Assembly (NCBI GenBank): GCA_030390025.1
Contig: CM059432.1
Location: 14,634,001 to 14,698,000, forward strand
From: Squalus acanthias
Taxonomy: Eukaryota
Length of the DNA stretch: 64,000 bases
Direction: 5' to 3'
Shown here: positions 12,876 through 24,724 of the stretch, piece by piece
Layout of the letters: each line of letters opens with the position of its first letter
How positions within the stretch are numbered: the first letter of the stretch is position 1
The notes under the pieces: generated by a model
Database searches by the model: none
Told to the model about the DNA's origin: nothing
Seen by the model: the letters and a program-made list of their open reading frames with translations, nothing else
Position numbers and translations under genes: made by a program

Positions 12876-15037
12876 CAGTAATCCCTCCCCAACCGCGGGG
12901 GATACGTCCCTGAAAACCCCCGTGGTTGGTAAAACCGCGGTTGGCAAATATAAGACCCTATGGGAAAAATGGGGTTAGGGAGAACGACGACCGCATTTAC
13001 ACTCGTCAGTGCCTATGTAAGTTGCTTGTTCTTTTAATTAACACAAATAAAATACACAATAACCTAACAAAAACAATAAATGTTCAAATAACACAATAAA
13101 AAAGATCAACTGGGTGGTTTCTTAAAGAATTCTGCGATGGATGGTTGACTCATTTTTTTCTGAATATCTTTCTGGACCTGCTTGTCTGGTCTCATTAAAT
13201 CCTCCAAACCTCGCTTCAATTTTAAACTACGCTCCAAGAATGGGTCAATCTCCATAAAGAGGTCCGAGAGATTATTGGCAAGGAGCATTGCCTTGCTAAG
13301 GTTGGCACTTGTCATCTTCGACCTCTCCACCATACCTTCGTCTTCGTCCTCATCCTCTGCCTCACTGGAATGCTGTATCAGCTCATCAAGGTCCTCCTCC
13401 GTCAACTCCTCGCCGTGCAACTCAAGTAGCTCCTCGATGTCATCAGGCTGTATGTCGGCCAGCCCCTCGCCTCCCAAACGTCGCGCAACCTTCACAATGC
13501 GCTCAACTTCATCGTCAACTGTAGGGAAGCCTCGGAAGTCATCGGAAGTTTACCCCAGCAGGCATTGATTGTCGTCCTCTTCAGTTCATCCATCGATTCT
13601 TTTATGTTGGTGACGCAGTCAGCGATGGTGTAATCCTTCCAACAAGTTTTCACCGTCAGTGTTGCGTCATCCTCCATAGCCTCCATCATGCGGTCAAAGC
13701 TGCGTTGTATCTAGTATGCCTTGAAGGTGGCCATCACACCTTGGTCCATGGGTTGAAGGAGTGAAGTCGTGTTGGGAGGCAGGAAGACGACTTCAATATT
13801 AGGGTGGGCGAATTGGAGTGCCGGCGGGTGGCCGGGGGCATTGTCGAGGATGAGTAGGACCTTGAAGGCCAGATTTTCTCTCGCAAGGTACCGCTCCACG
13901 TCATGCACAAAACAGTTATGAAACCAGTCCATGAAGACTGCAGCAGTAACCCACGCCTTGCGGTTAGAACACCAAAAGACAGGTAGATAGTTTTTGTTTT
14001 TGCCCTCAGAGCGCGGGGATTCAGAGAGCGGTAGAGTAGCATCGGCTTCACTAAACAGTCTCCCTCGGCGTTAGCACAAAGGAGAAGGGTCACCCTATCC
14101 GTAGCCACCTTGAATCCTGAAGCATGCTTCTCAGCCTTCGCGATGAAAGTTCGGGAAGGCATCCACTTCCAGAAGAGACCAGTCTCATCCGCATTAAATA
14201 CCTGCTCTGGCAGGTAACCCTTCTCGGCGATCAACTTCTTCGGCTCCTCTGGGAACATGGCAGCGGCCTCGTGATCGGCTGAGGCCGATTCCCCCACAAC
14301 CTTGAGGTTAGTCAAGGCGACCTCTCTTAAAATTTTCCAACCAGCCCTTACTCGCTTGAAACTTTATGTCATCTACACTTTCCCCGGCAGCCACAGTAAG
14401 ATGCTTGTAGAAACTAAGGGCCTTCTTATGTACCCATGTGGAACTAACATTCGCTTTTTTCTGGTTCTGGTCTTCCAACCAGATATTAAGTGCCTTCTCC
14501 ATTTTTTCAAGCTTATGGTCCCGTGGCATAAACGACACTTTAGCACTTTTTGAAGAGCCACCCGCAATACTAGTCCTTATCGACACCTCACTTTTTTTTA
14601 TGGTTCTAATGGTGAACTCGTTAACCCCCATTAGTCGTCCAACCGACGCTGTACTTTCACCACGAGCAAGTCTATTAACGACATCTAATTTCCTATCTAA
14701 GGTTAGTACATTCCTTGCCCTTTTCGCTATTGATTCACCTTTACCACTGAGATTATGCTTAGGGGCCATGATTAAGGGCTAAACGTTCACACACACACAG
14801 TACAGGTACAGTATACCCACGAGTGGAGCGAGACCACGTGTGGTAGTAATTATGCTGAAAAGAGCGGCGCAGATGAATGCAGTCTCGTGTTTGGAAGTGC
14901 GACCCGTGAAACTTGAAAATTAGAAACCGCGTATACGCAAAATTCGCTGCCGCGGTTGGCAAAAATTGTCGCAGAGAGGAAACCGTGTATACGTGAAATC
15001 CGCGTGTGGCAAAACCGCGGTTGGGGCGGGATTCCTA
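12876..15037 (-). mobile_element. Tigger/pogo (Tc1-mariner superfamily) DNA transposon, full length
   Basis: TIRs CAGTAATCCCTCCCCAACCGCGG / CCGCGGTTGGGGCGGGATTCCTA, TA TSD, subterminal AACCGCG repeats, transposase inside. Confidence 0.93.
13106..14769 (-). pseudogene. Tigger transposase, disrupted by frameshifts and a stop
   Basis: HTH_psq-like start (LTLDRKLDVVNRLARGES), CENP-B-like FQASKGWLENFK, DDE motifs VFNADETGLFW, LLILDNAPGH, FLPPNTTSLLQPMDQG, acidic C-terminus, spread over 5 ORF pieces. Confidence 0.9.
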
Positions 15038-15701
15038 TATGTAGATCGCGCAATAAAAGTGTAAGGGAAAAGTCCACGTGTTCAATCTTTACTCCTCCAC
15101 GGAATTATTCAATGTATGACGTGTTTTGAAATGGCGAAAGGCTGCTGTAGACGTGGGAGAGAAATTAGCCTAGAAACTGAGCTCAGCATAAAGGAAGTGT
15201 GCAATACAAGCCAGCAAATTCCAGTCTTCATGCATCGCATAAGTGATTCTGCAAGGAAACCGCTGTTTTGCTGAGTTTCTGTTGACAGGAGGTTCGCTAC
15301 AGTGGGGATTGCTGTCTGCCCTCCTCTGGCATCTGACATAGCAGAGGGGGATGAGCAGGAGCAGAGACGTGCCACCAGAACAGCTTTGCTAGCACTGCAT
15401 CGATAAGTCCATAGTTACTTGGCAATGACTAAAGAGCACTGTCCCTGAGGTGTGGCAGCGGTGAAAGAGTTGTGCCGTCTGCTTCAGGAAGATCTGCCAA
15501 CAACTCCACACTTTGGGCCAGCAATCATCAAGGAAACCACAGCCCACATTTTTTATACCTCCAAATTCATCCAGAGGTCCTAACCATGGAAGAGGAAGAG
15601 GTCCAAACCATGGAAATGCCAGAGCAGGAGGCAGGAACTGACCGTGAGAATGTATCTCCTGAAACAACAGTGTAGCCAGAGGCTGAGATACATATGACTA
15701 A

Positions 15702-15959
15702 GGGGGGAATTTTCCCAGCCCTGGGGAGGCGGGACTGCCAGGAAACGCTGTCAAACGCTGACAATTCATCCATCAAAATTTTTTCAACAGATGAAATGTC
15801 ATACGCTGAAGTCCTCTGTCACCGGCTTTCACTTAATTCGCCAGTAAGGTCAATCAAGGGAAAATAGCGTGGGGTGGTCAGACGTCGCTGGGGGCGGGAC
15901 TGAAACCCGACAACCAGCAGTCTCGCCCCCAACGTGCCCCCATTGAGAAAATCCAGCCC
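15702..15959. mobile_element. Harbinger-type MITE (family B), internally deleted copy
   Basis: Ends GGGGGGAATTTTCCCAG / GAGAAAATCCAGCCC; shares both ends with 22272-23065. Confidence 0.7.
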
Positions 15960-17212
15960 ATAGTGTCTGCGCTGCCCCCTTCAGGAATTCCCTTGGCCAC
16001 ATGTAAAGCGCCTCTACTTTGTGTGATGTGTGAATGATGTCCTCTTCGTGCTGGTATATTGTGTGTAACTCCATATTCTACAACTTAATCTACAGGATTC
16101 CTTTATGGAAGGTGTAAATGTGTTAGGCTGCGGGGTTCCCCAACAGTCTGTTGGGATTCTGGAGACCCAGAATTCACTGAATTTTGTGTTTTAAAGGCCC
16201 AGAAGTGTGGTGGACTGACTAGTGCTATCTGCTTTTAGTCATCTCCTCCAAAGCCTAGTGTGTCCTGGAAGGCCTATAAAGCTGAATCTCCTCACTGCAA
16301 TGCTCAATCCCTTCTTGATTTTGCTGAGTGGGCTGCTTTTCCAAGCACTGCTTCAGATGCTTAGCTTCCTTCTAATTGTTCTTCACAGATGATTAAGAAG
16401 ATTGGTGCTTCTCCTTTCTTACTGACTGGCCTGTTGTGCGGGAGATACAGCCCATATTTTAGCCCACAGACTTAAATAGCAAAATTAGGTGTACAGCCAT
16501 AGATGTAAATTATCCCCAAGCTTTTCAGTAATCCAGTTAACTCCCAAATAGAAATGTGAAGAGGGGGCGGGGGATAATTGTAACCTAACTCACCCGGCCG
16601 GAAACGGAAGGGATCAGATCGGCCGCCCGTTTTGCACGCCGCCCGATTTTACTCTTTATTGATTGAAATGTAAAGTAAAATTGGGCAGTGTGTAAATCGG
16701 GCGGCTGCTCTGGTCCCCTCAGTTTCCTTTCGTGTGGGCTGTGGTATTCATTCCTGCAACTTTTACGGTCAGACACTACTTTCTGCATATTCCCATTTCT
16801 GCCCTATCGGCAATGTTGGTTAACAAAGTTCATGTGATTCATTAATGGTTGCGGCAGTGATGGAATGACAGAGTTTGAACAATCTTACCATTGGATGGCC
16901 TGATTTACGACAAGCATTGAATTACCTTGAGGGAATATAGGAAATGTGACTCTTGCGGCTCTGTGATTAATTCTTGCAGTTTGCACTCATTTACTGCTGA
17001 AAGTTTCTTTACACCGCCCATGAGAAAAGTTCCCTTGGCTCTCCCTCATGCTTTGTTTCTAGTCTTATAGAATACATTTCAAACATCAGTATGTAAAAGT
17101 TAAATCACATATCATCCTTCCTTTCATGTGTTCTTTGCTCAAACATTCATTTTTCTCTCTTTTAGTTTCTGCAGTATTTTTCATATCCTCTGCCCAAATT
17201 TCTGATCAGATT

Positions 17213-18559
17213 TATTAAGGAAGTGGTAACAGGGCACTTGAGAAAATCATAACATGATTAGGCAGAGTCAACATGGTTTTATGAAAGAGAAATCATGTTT
17301 GACAAATTTATTAGGGTTTTTTGAGGATGTATCTAGCAGGGTAGATAAAGGGGAACCAGTGGATGTAGTATATTTAGATTTCCAAAAGGCATTCAATAAG
17401 GTACCACATAAAAGGTTGTTACACAAAATAAGAGCTCATGGGATTGGAGGTAATGCATTAGCATGGATAGAGGATTGGTTAATGGACAGAAAGCAGAGAG
17501 TTGGGATAAACAGGTCATTTTCAGATTGGTAGGCTGTAACTACTGGGGTGCTGCAAGGATAAGTGGTTGGGTCTCAGCTATTTACAATCTATATTAATAA
17601 CTTAGATGAAGGGACAGAGTGTAATGCATCCAAGTTTGCTGATGATACAAAGCTAGGTGGGAAAGTAAGCTGTGAAGAGGACACAAAGAGCCTGCAAAAG
17701 GATACAGACAGGTTAGTGAGTGGGCAATAAGGTGGCAGATGGAATAGAATGTGGGGAAATGTGAGGTTATTCACTTTGGTAGGAAGAAGAGAAAAACAGA
17801 ATATTTTTAAAATGGTGAGAAACTATTAAATTTTGATGTTCAGAGAGATTAAGGTGCCCTCGTACAGGAAACACAGAGTTAGCATGCAGGTACAGCAAGA
17901 AATTAGGAAGGCAAATGGCATGTTGGCCTTTATTACTAGGGGGTTAGAGTACAAGAGTAAGGAAGTCTTGCTACAATTGTACAGGGCTTTGATTAGACCA
18001 AACCTGGAGTACTGTGTACAGTTTTGGTCTCCTTATCTAAGGAAGGATATACTTGCCTTAGAGGCGGTTCAACGAAGGTTCACTAGACTAATCCCTGGGA
18101 TGAGAGGGTCGTACTAGGAGGGGAGATTGAGTAGATTCAGCCTATACTCTTTGGAATTTAGAAGAATGAGAGGAGATCTCATTGAAACATATAAAATTCT
18201 GAGGGGGATTGACAGGGTAAATGCTGAGAGATTGTTTCCCAGAGAGTCCAGAACTAGGGGGCATCGTCTCAGGATAAGGGGTCGGCCTTTTAAGACTGAG
18301 ACGAGGAGGAACTTCTTCACTCAGAGGGTGGTGAATCTTTGGAATTCTCTGCTCCGAAGGGCTGTGGATGCTCAATCGTTGAGTATATTCAAGGCTGAGA
18401 TAGATAGATTTTTGATCTCTAGGGGAATCAAGGGACATGGGGATCGGGCAGGAAAGTGGAGTTGAGGTCGTAGATCAGCTATGATCTTACTGAATGGCGG
18501 AGCAGGGTTCGAGGGGCCGTATGGCCTACTCCTGCTCCAAATTCTTATGTTCTTATGTT
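17213..18559 (+). mobile_element. CR1 LINE 3' fragment (RT)
   Basis: QHGFMK.KSCLTNL, YLDFQKAF, KFADDTK, LEYCVQFWSP; (TTCTTATG)n tail. Confidence 0.92.
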
Positions 18560-19579
18560 AATTACAAATAAAGCCCAGAGTAATGGGGTGAACATCTCCT
18601 TTGTCTGTTGGCTGTAAGAAGACTATATGAAATGAGTTTGAGGAATCTCAGCTGAGCTCTGAGTGGCTGTGAATCCAGTGCACAAACATTGCCTATCATT
18701 TGGAACATTTGGCATTAAAATTGGTCGCATTAATCAGCAAGGGCACAGGATGGCTGGGATAGGAATTAGAGAAGTCACATTAATTGTTCACACCATTTCT
18801 CCAGAAATTCCATCCACCTTCTGGCGAAGTTATGGTGGGAGATCAGGGAACCCATTAATAACAGCGCATGTCATTAACACGCCATTATGCAAGGAGGCTT
18901 CAAGGGGATATAGACAGGCTAAGTGAGGCAGGCAAGAACATGGCAAATGGAATATAATGTGGAGAAATGTGAAGTTATCCACTTTGGTAGGAAAAATAGA
19001 GCATTTTTTAAATGGTGAGAAATTGGGAAATGTTGGTGTTCAGAGAGACCTGGGTGTCCTTGTACACGAATCACTGAAAGTTAACATGCAGGCACAGCAA
19101 GCAATTAGGAAAGCAAATGGTATGTTGGCCTTTATTACAAGAGGATTTGAGTATAAGAGTAAAGACGTCTTACTGCAATTATATAAGGCCCTGGTGAGAC
19201 CACATCTGGAGTATTGTGTACAGTTTTGGTCTCCTTACCTAAGGAAGGATATACTTGCCATAGAGGGAGTGCAACGAAGGTTCACCAGACTGGTTCCTGG
19301 GATGGGGGGATTGTCCTATGAGGACAAATTGAGTAGACTAGGCCTATATTCTCTAGAGTTCAGAAGAATGAGAGGTGATCTCGTTGAAACATACAAAATT
19401 CTTACAGGGTAGATGCAGGGAGGATGTTTTCCCCTGGCTAGGGAGCCTAGAACAAGGGGTCACAGTCTCAGAATAAGGGGTCGGCCATTTAGGACTGAGA
19501 TGAGGAGAAATTTCTTCACTCAGAAGGTGGTGAATCTTTGGAATTCTCTACCCCAGAGGGCTGTGGAGGCTCAGTCGTT

Positions 19580-21577
19580 CAGCAACCGAAGAAGAAAGAG
19601 TCAAATTGGACCCCTCCGGAGGGTCGCTGCCCTAAGCTTGACATGTATGCTCAAGCTGTCAGGAAATGCATCAACGCCAGATTCATCAGCCGCACTCACA
19701 AGACAGTCCAGAATGTCACCCGAGCACAACGCAACGCCATCCATGCTCTCAAGACCAACCGCAACATCGTCATCAAACCAGCGGACAAAGGAGGAGCCAT
19801 CGTCATACAGAACAGAATGGACTATTGCAAAGAAGCATACCGACAACTGGACAACCAGGAACACTACAGACAGCTACCCGCAGATCCGACCAAAGAACAC
19901 ACCCGCCAACTCAATAGACTGATCAAGACCTTCGATCCAGATCTTCAAAACATCCTACGCGCTCTCATCCCACGTACTCCCCGCATAGGAGACTTCTACT
20001 GCCTCCCAAAGATACACAAAGCCAACACACCCGGACGTCCTATCGTATCAGGCAACGGAACCCTGTGTGAGAACCTCTCTGGGTACGTCGAGGGCATCCT
20101 GAAACCCATCGTACAGGGAACCCCCAGCTTCTGTCACGACACTACAGACTTCTTGCAGAAACTCAGCACCCATGGACCAGTTGAACCAGGAACACTCCTC
20201 GCCACGATGGACGTATCGGCACTCTACACCAATATCCCCCACGATGACGGCATCGCTGCGACAGCCTCAGTACTCAACACCAACAACAGCCAATCTCCAG
20301 ACGCCATCCTACAACTCATCCGTTTCATTGTTGACCACAATGTCTTCACCTTCGACAACCAGTTTTTTACCCAAACACACGGAACAGCCATGGGGACCAA
20401 ATTCGCACCCCAATACGCCAACATCTTCATGCACAAGTTCGAGCAAGACTTCTTTGCTGCACAGGACCTCCAACCAACGCTGTACACCAGATACATCGAC
20501 GACATCTTCTTCCTTTGGACCCACGGCGAAGGATCACTGAAAGGACTACACGATAACATCAACAGGTTCCATCCCACCATCAAACTCACCATGGACTACT
20601 CCTCAGAATCGGTTTCATTCTTGGACACACGAATCTCCATCAAAGACGGACACCTCAGCACTTCACTCTACCGCAAGCCCACGGACAACCTCACGATGCT
20701 CCACTTCTCCAGCTTCCACCCTAACCACGTTAAAGAAGCCATCCCCTATGGACAAGCCCTGCAACTACACAGGATCTGCTCAGACGAGGAGGAACGCGAT
20801 GGACACCTACGGACACTGAAAGACGCCCTCGTAAGAACGGGATATGACGCTCGACTCGTCGATCGACAGTTCCGACGGGCCACAGCGAAAAACCGCATAG
20901 ACCTCCTCAGAAGGCGAACACGGGACACAACCAACAGAGTACCCTACGTCGTCCAGTACTTCCCCGGAGTGGAGAAACTACGCCATGTTCTTCGCAACCT
21001 TCAACATGTCATCGATGACGACGAACACCTTACTAAGGCCATCCCCACGCCTCCACTACTTGCCTTCAAGCAGCCGCCTAACCTCAAAAGTACCATCGTT
21101 CGCAGCAAATTACCCAGCTGTCAGGAGAACAGTGACCACGACACCACACAACCCTGCCACGGCAACCTCTGCAAGACATGCCAGATCATCAACACAGATA
21201 CCATCATCACACGAGAGGACACTACCCATCAGGTACATGGTACATACTCATGTGACTCGGCCAATGTTGTCTACCTCATACGTTGCAGGAAAGGATGCCC
21301 CGGAGCATGGTACATCGGCGAGTCCATGCAGACACTGAGACAACGTATGAACGGACACCGCGCAACAATCGCCAGGCAGGATTGTTACCTTCCAGTCGGG
21401 GAACACTTCAGCAGTCAAGGACATTCAGCCTCGGATCTGCGGGTTAGCGTTCTCCAAGGCGGCCTTCGAGACACACGACAACGCAAAATCATCGAGCAGA
21501 AACTGATAGCCAAGTTCCGCACCCATGAGGACGGCCTCAATAGGGATCTCGGGTTCATGTCACGCTACAGAACGTGA
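19580..21577 (+). CDS. PLE reverse transcriptase / GIY-YIG endonuclease (N-terminally truncated, 665 codons)
   Basis: IKPADKGG, LPKIHK, GRPIVS, TMDVSALYTNIP, GTAMGTKFAPQYANIFM, RYIDD, FLD; Cys-rich linker CHGNLCKTC; VVYLIRC...WYIGES...RMNGHR. Confidence 0.92.
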   Translation, partial: QQPKKKESNWTPPEGRCPKLDMYAQAVRKCINARFISRTHKTVQNVTRAQRNAIHALKTNRNIVIKPADKGGAIVIQNRMDYCKEAYRQLDNQEHYRQLPADPTKEHTRQLNRLIKTFDPDLQNILRALIPRTPRIGDFYCLPKIHKANTPGRPIVSGNGTLCENLSGYVEGILKPIVQGTPSFCHDTTDFLQKLSTHGPVEPGTLLATMDVSALYTNIPHDDGIAATASVLNTNNSQSPDAILQLIRFIVDHNVFTFDNQFFTQTHGTAMGTKFAPQYANIFMHKFEQDFFAAQDLQPTLYTRYIDDIFFLWTHGEGSLKGLHDNINRFHPTIKLTMDYSSESVSFLDTRISIKDGHLSTSLYRKPTDNLTMLHFSSFHPNHVKEAIPYGQALQLHRICSDEEERDGHLRTLKDALVRTGYDARLVDRQFRRATAKNRIDLLRRRTRDTTNRVPYVVQYFPGVEKLRHVLRNLQHVIDDDEHLTKAIPTPPLLAFKQPPNLKSTIVRSKLPSCQENSDHDTTQPCHGNLCKTCQIINTDTIITREDTTHQVHGTYSCDSANVVYLIRCRKGCPGAWYIGESMQTLRQRMNGHRATIARQDCYLPVGEHFSSQGHSASDLRVSVLQGGLRDTRQRKIIEQKLIAKFRTHEDGLNRDLGFMSRYRT

Positions 21578-21845
21578 CTCGACATCGTTGTCTGTCTTTC
21601 CAGTTTTAAAAAAGAACACGAAAAAAAAACAAACAAAAAAAAACCAACCAAAAAAAAAGGTTAAAAGCTCAACTGCAGACGGCAACATTTGACACGTTGG
21701 ACCCCCTGTGACCCACCTCATTGTCTTAGCTGTACTCTGAGGTGTCTTTGATGTAATGCCTTCCTAACAGATTGTATCTCTGCAGACAAATTGCTCTCTG
21801 TGTATATATACTGTGTAATCGATTTGTATTCCCTCACTGTACCTG

Positions 21846-21880
21846 TACCTGAAGAAGGAGCAGAGCTCCGAAAGCTCGTA
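21846..21880 (+). ncRNA. Minimal type I hammerhead ribozyme motif
   Basis: UAC-CUGAAGA-A-GGAGC(AGA)GCUCC-GAA-AGCU-C-GUA: core, 5-bp stem II, palindromic AGCU in place of stem III, 3-bp stem I. Confidence 0.7.
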
Positions 21881-22271
21881 ATTTTAAATAAAACTGTTGG
21901 ACTATAACCTGGTGTTGTGCGACTTCTCATTATATTCAAGACAGGGATCGATAGATTTTTGAATATTAAGGGAATCAAGGGATATGGGGATAGTGCAGGA
22001 AAATGGAGATGAGGTAGAAGATCAGCCATGATCTTAGTGAATGGCGGAGCAGGCTCAAAGGGCCAAATGGCCGACTCCTGCTCCTATTTCTTATGTTCTT
22101 ATTATTTTTCCAGCAAGATTTGGCCCATCCACTTTTATCTCATTCAGCTGTGAACCCTTGCACCTTGTAAACCTGCTGTGTTATACTCACTGAGTACTGC
22201 CTTCTTAATGTGCAGCAATCAAGAGACAATTCTGCTGCAGAACAATTACTTATATATTATATATCTACATA

Positions 22272-23065
22272 GGGCGCGATCTCGCCAGCCCTGGGGAGGC
22301 GGGTATGGAGGCGGGACTGCCGGGAAAATGGCAGAATTTGGGGGCGGGTGCCCAACCTGCCTCCATGCTGTCTTCCCAGGAGGCGGGTAGCCGTCCTGCG
22401 CCGGGTCCCATTTCCTTGGAGGCGGGAAGGGATTAAAGCCTAAAATAGGATTTTTGCCCACACAAGTGCGGGCTTCCCGAAGGCTCCGAATCCCGCCAGG
22501 TCAGCAAGGCGAGTAGTGGGTCTGCGGGGGTCGGGGGGGGGTGCAAAAGTGTGCTGTGGAGGTGAGTGATGGGTGCAAGTGTGGAGAGCTGAGTATCTGA
22601 GGTAAGTGCAAAGTGTTGGAAAAAGTGTACTTACCTTTGTTTCTTCCTGTAGGCTTCAGTCGGTGGGTATGCGGAGTGTCTCGCACCTCCACGTTGGAGA
22701 TGACAGATGGACGTTGCATTCTCCAATGCAACAACCATCTAATTTCTGCAAAAGAAAGATGTTTGATGAGGTCTTGAATTCAAGACCTCAACAAACTACA
22801 GAGAATGTCACTGTTTGACAGCTTCACAGAGCTGTCAAACGATGACAATTCATCTGTCAAAGATTTTTGACAGATGAAACGTTATACGTTGACGTCGTCT
22901 GCAACTGGCTTTCTCTTAATTGGCCTGCTAAGCCCGCTGGGCGGGCTTAACAAGGTCAATCAAGGGAAAATAGTGTGGGTTGGCCAGAAGTTGTTGGAGG
23001 CGGGACTGAAACCCGACAAGTGGGAGTCCCGCCTCCAAAAGCTCCCCATTGGCAAAATCACCCCC
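22272..23065. mobile_element. Harbinger-type MITE (family B)
   Basis: TIRs GGGCGCGATCTCGCCA / TGGCAAAATCACCCCC, 3-bp TSD ATA. Confidence 0.75.
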
Positions 23066-24627
23066 ATATTGACTGGAACTAAATGCAGTAACCAGAGTTC
23101 AACGTGCTGGCCTCAGACTTACTAATTTAGCAGTTCAGTTCAGCTTTATTGATTGCTGCTCTAAAATGACTTAAAATGAATCCATAATCTAATCAATCAA
23201 TTTTATTACCTCTTCAAAGAATCCCATAAAACCTTTGTTTCTAAATCCTTGCAGATTATTCCAAATATCTGCTGAGATCTTTAGATGAATGAAGATAGCA
23301 TCCCGTCAAATGTTCATGAGAATTTTTATCACCAGTGATCAATTATTCTCAAGCTCATGTCACAATACTGTTTTGATATTTGGGATAACATTCACTGGCC
23401 TTCAATCCTTACCTGTAGCACCTGATGCAATTAAATCTTGCAACACAGCGCTGCTTCAAGAGGTGTACAAGCTACGGGTTAAATGGGGTGAGTTATGCTT
23501 TCAAGGCCAGATTCAATTCATGGAGCAGATGTATGGCTATCTTAATTAACTGAGGCTTTTTTCCCTCAGCTCTTAGAACTCATTGAAGATAAAATGGGTG
23601 TTGTACACAATAATTAAATAAATTAGTTCTGGCTTCTTTATGGTTTTCAGCTGGATAAGCATGGGATTTACATGCCCACAGGGGGAGAATCATTTCCAGT
23701 TCCTCGGCAGATAGTGTCTACTGGGAGAATTCCAATTATGCTGTCTTGACATAATAGGCAATCCAGAAACTATCAGTAGAAGGGAATCTATAAACAAGTA
23801 TTTGTGGAAATATGTGAATATATGGGAGTGGATCTACTGTCCACAAAGGAAGGAACATGATTAATTTGCAATGAAAATGTGAACTCAAGGATTTGTGGCT
23901 TATATTCAGCAAAGATCTGAATAGGGCAGCAGAGAGAGAGAATATTGGCAGAGTACACTCCAGTGAAAAGACCAAAAGACAGAAGGATCATCTAGCTCAA
24001 GGAGTCTACCATCTTGGTGAAAAATGCTCCGTTAACTGTACCATTGAAGTATTTTTCCTTCAATGATTACTATTGCACAAACATGTACTTCAGAGAATAA
24101 CAAGCAAAGACTGCAACTCGATCAGTAAATGCATTAGTATCTCTCACAGGAAAAGTGTTGAACTTTTAGCTTATAAAGAGCAGATTTGATGACAGATTGG
24201 AAAACAAATGGATTGCCCTGCCAGAAAGCTTGTTATTAGATAATAATGCTTGTTTCGGAAGGGAAGAGGAAGTGCGGCATAAGTAAGATGAAGGAATGCC
24301 AAAACAGGGTGAGCAGATGTGACTGAATCTGCAGACTATGACGTGACAGGAAACTGCTAACATTATTCCATTTGACTTGTTCTCGACAGGAAGCAACTTG
24401 ATGACTATGAATTGTCTTGGGATACGAGAGTGTAAATGGGGGAGGAGTGAAAAGCAGCAAGGGAAAAAGAAAGTCTCCTAGGAAGAAGCCACGAGTGACC
24501 CATGAACTTGGCAGGGGCTGCCTTCTCACAAGTTGTCATGATGCGGAGATACCGGTGTTGGACTGGGGTGGACAAAAATGAGAAGTCGCACAACACCAGG
24601 TTATAGTCCAACAGTTTTATTTGAAAT

Positions 24628-24662
24628 TACGAGCTTTCGGAGCTCTGCTCCTTCTTCAGGTA
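24628..24662 (-). ncRNA. Minimal hammerhead ribozyme motif (left arm)
   Basis: Reverse complement is identical to the motif at 21846-21880. Confidence 0.68.
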
Positions 24663-24689
24663 CAGGTACAGTGAGCCTCACTGTACCTA

Positions 24690-24724
24690 TACCTGAAGAA
24701 GGAGCAGAGCTCTGAAAGCTCGTA
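24690..24724 (+). ncRNA. Minimal hammerhead ribozyme motif (right arm)
   Basis: Same motif with C>T at the base of stem II (G-U pair). Confidence 0.6.

Larger units (their letters stand above)
19580..21930 (+). mobile_element. Penelope-like retroelement (Neptune-like), 5'-truncated, young
   Basis: Uninterrupted RT + GIY-YIG reading frame, A-rich 3' UTR, terminal hammerhead motif and AATAAA. Confidence 0.93.
18895..22102 (+). mobile_element. CR1 LINE 3' fragment split (18895-19579, 21931-22102) by the Penelope-like element
   Basis: CR1 sequence gctcagtcgtt|...|tatattcaagacagg resumes after the insertion; (TTCTTATG) tail. Confidence 0.9.

Noticed and set aside
19538..19579. N-terminus of the 679-aa ORF as a CR1-PLE fusion protein
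   Set aside because: The 14 residues come from an out-of-frame reading of CR1 beginning at TTG; chance frame continuity
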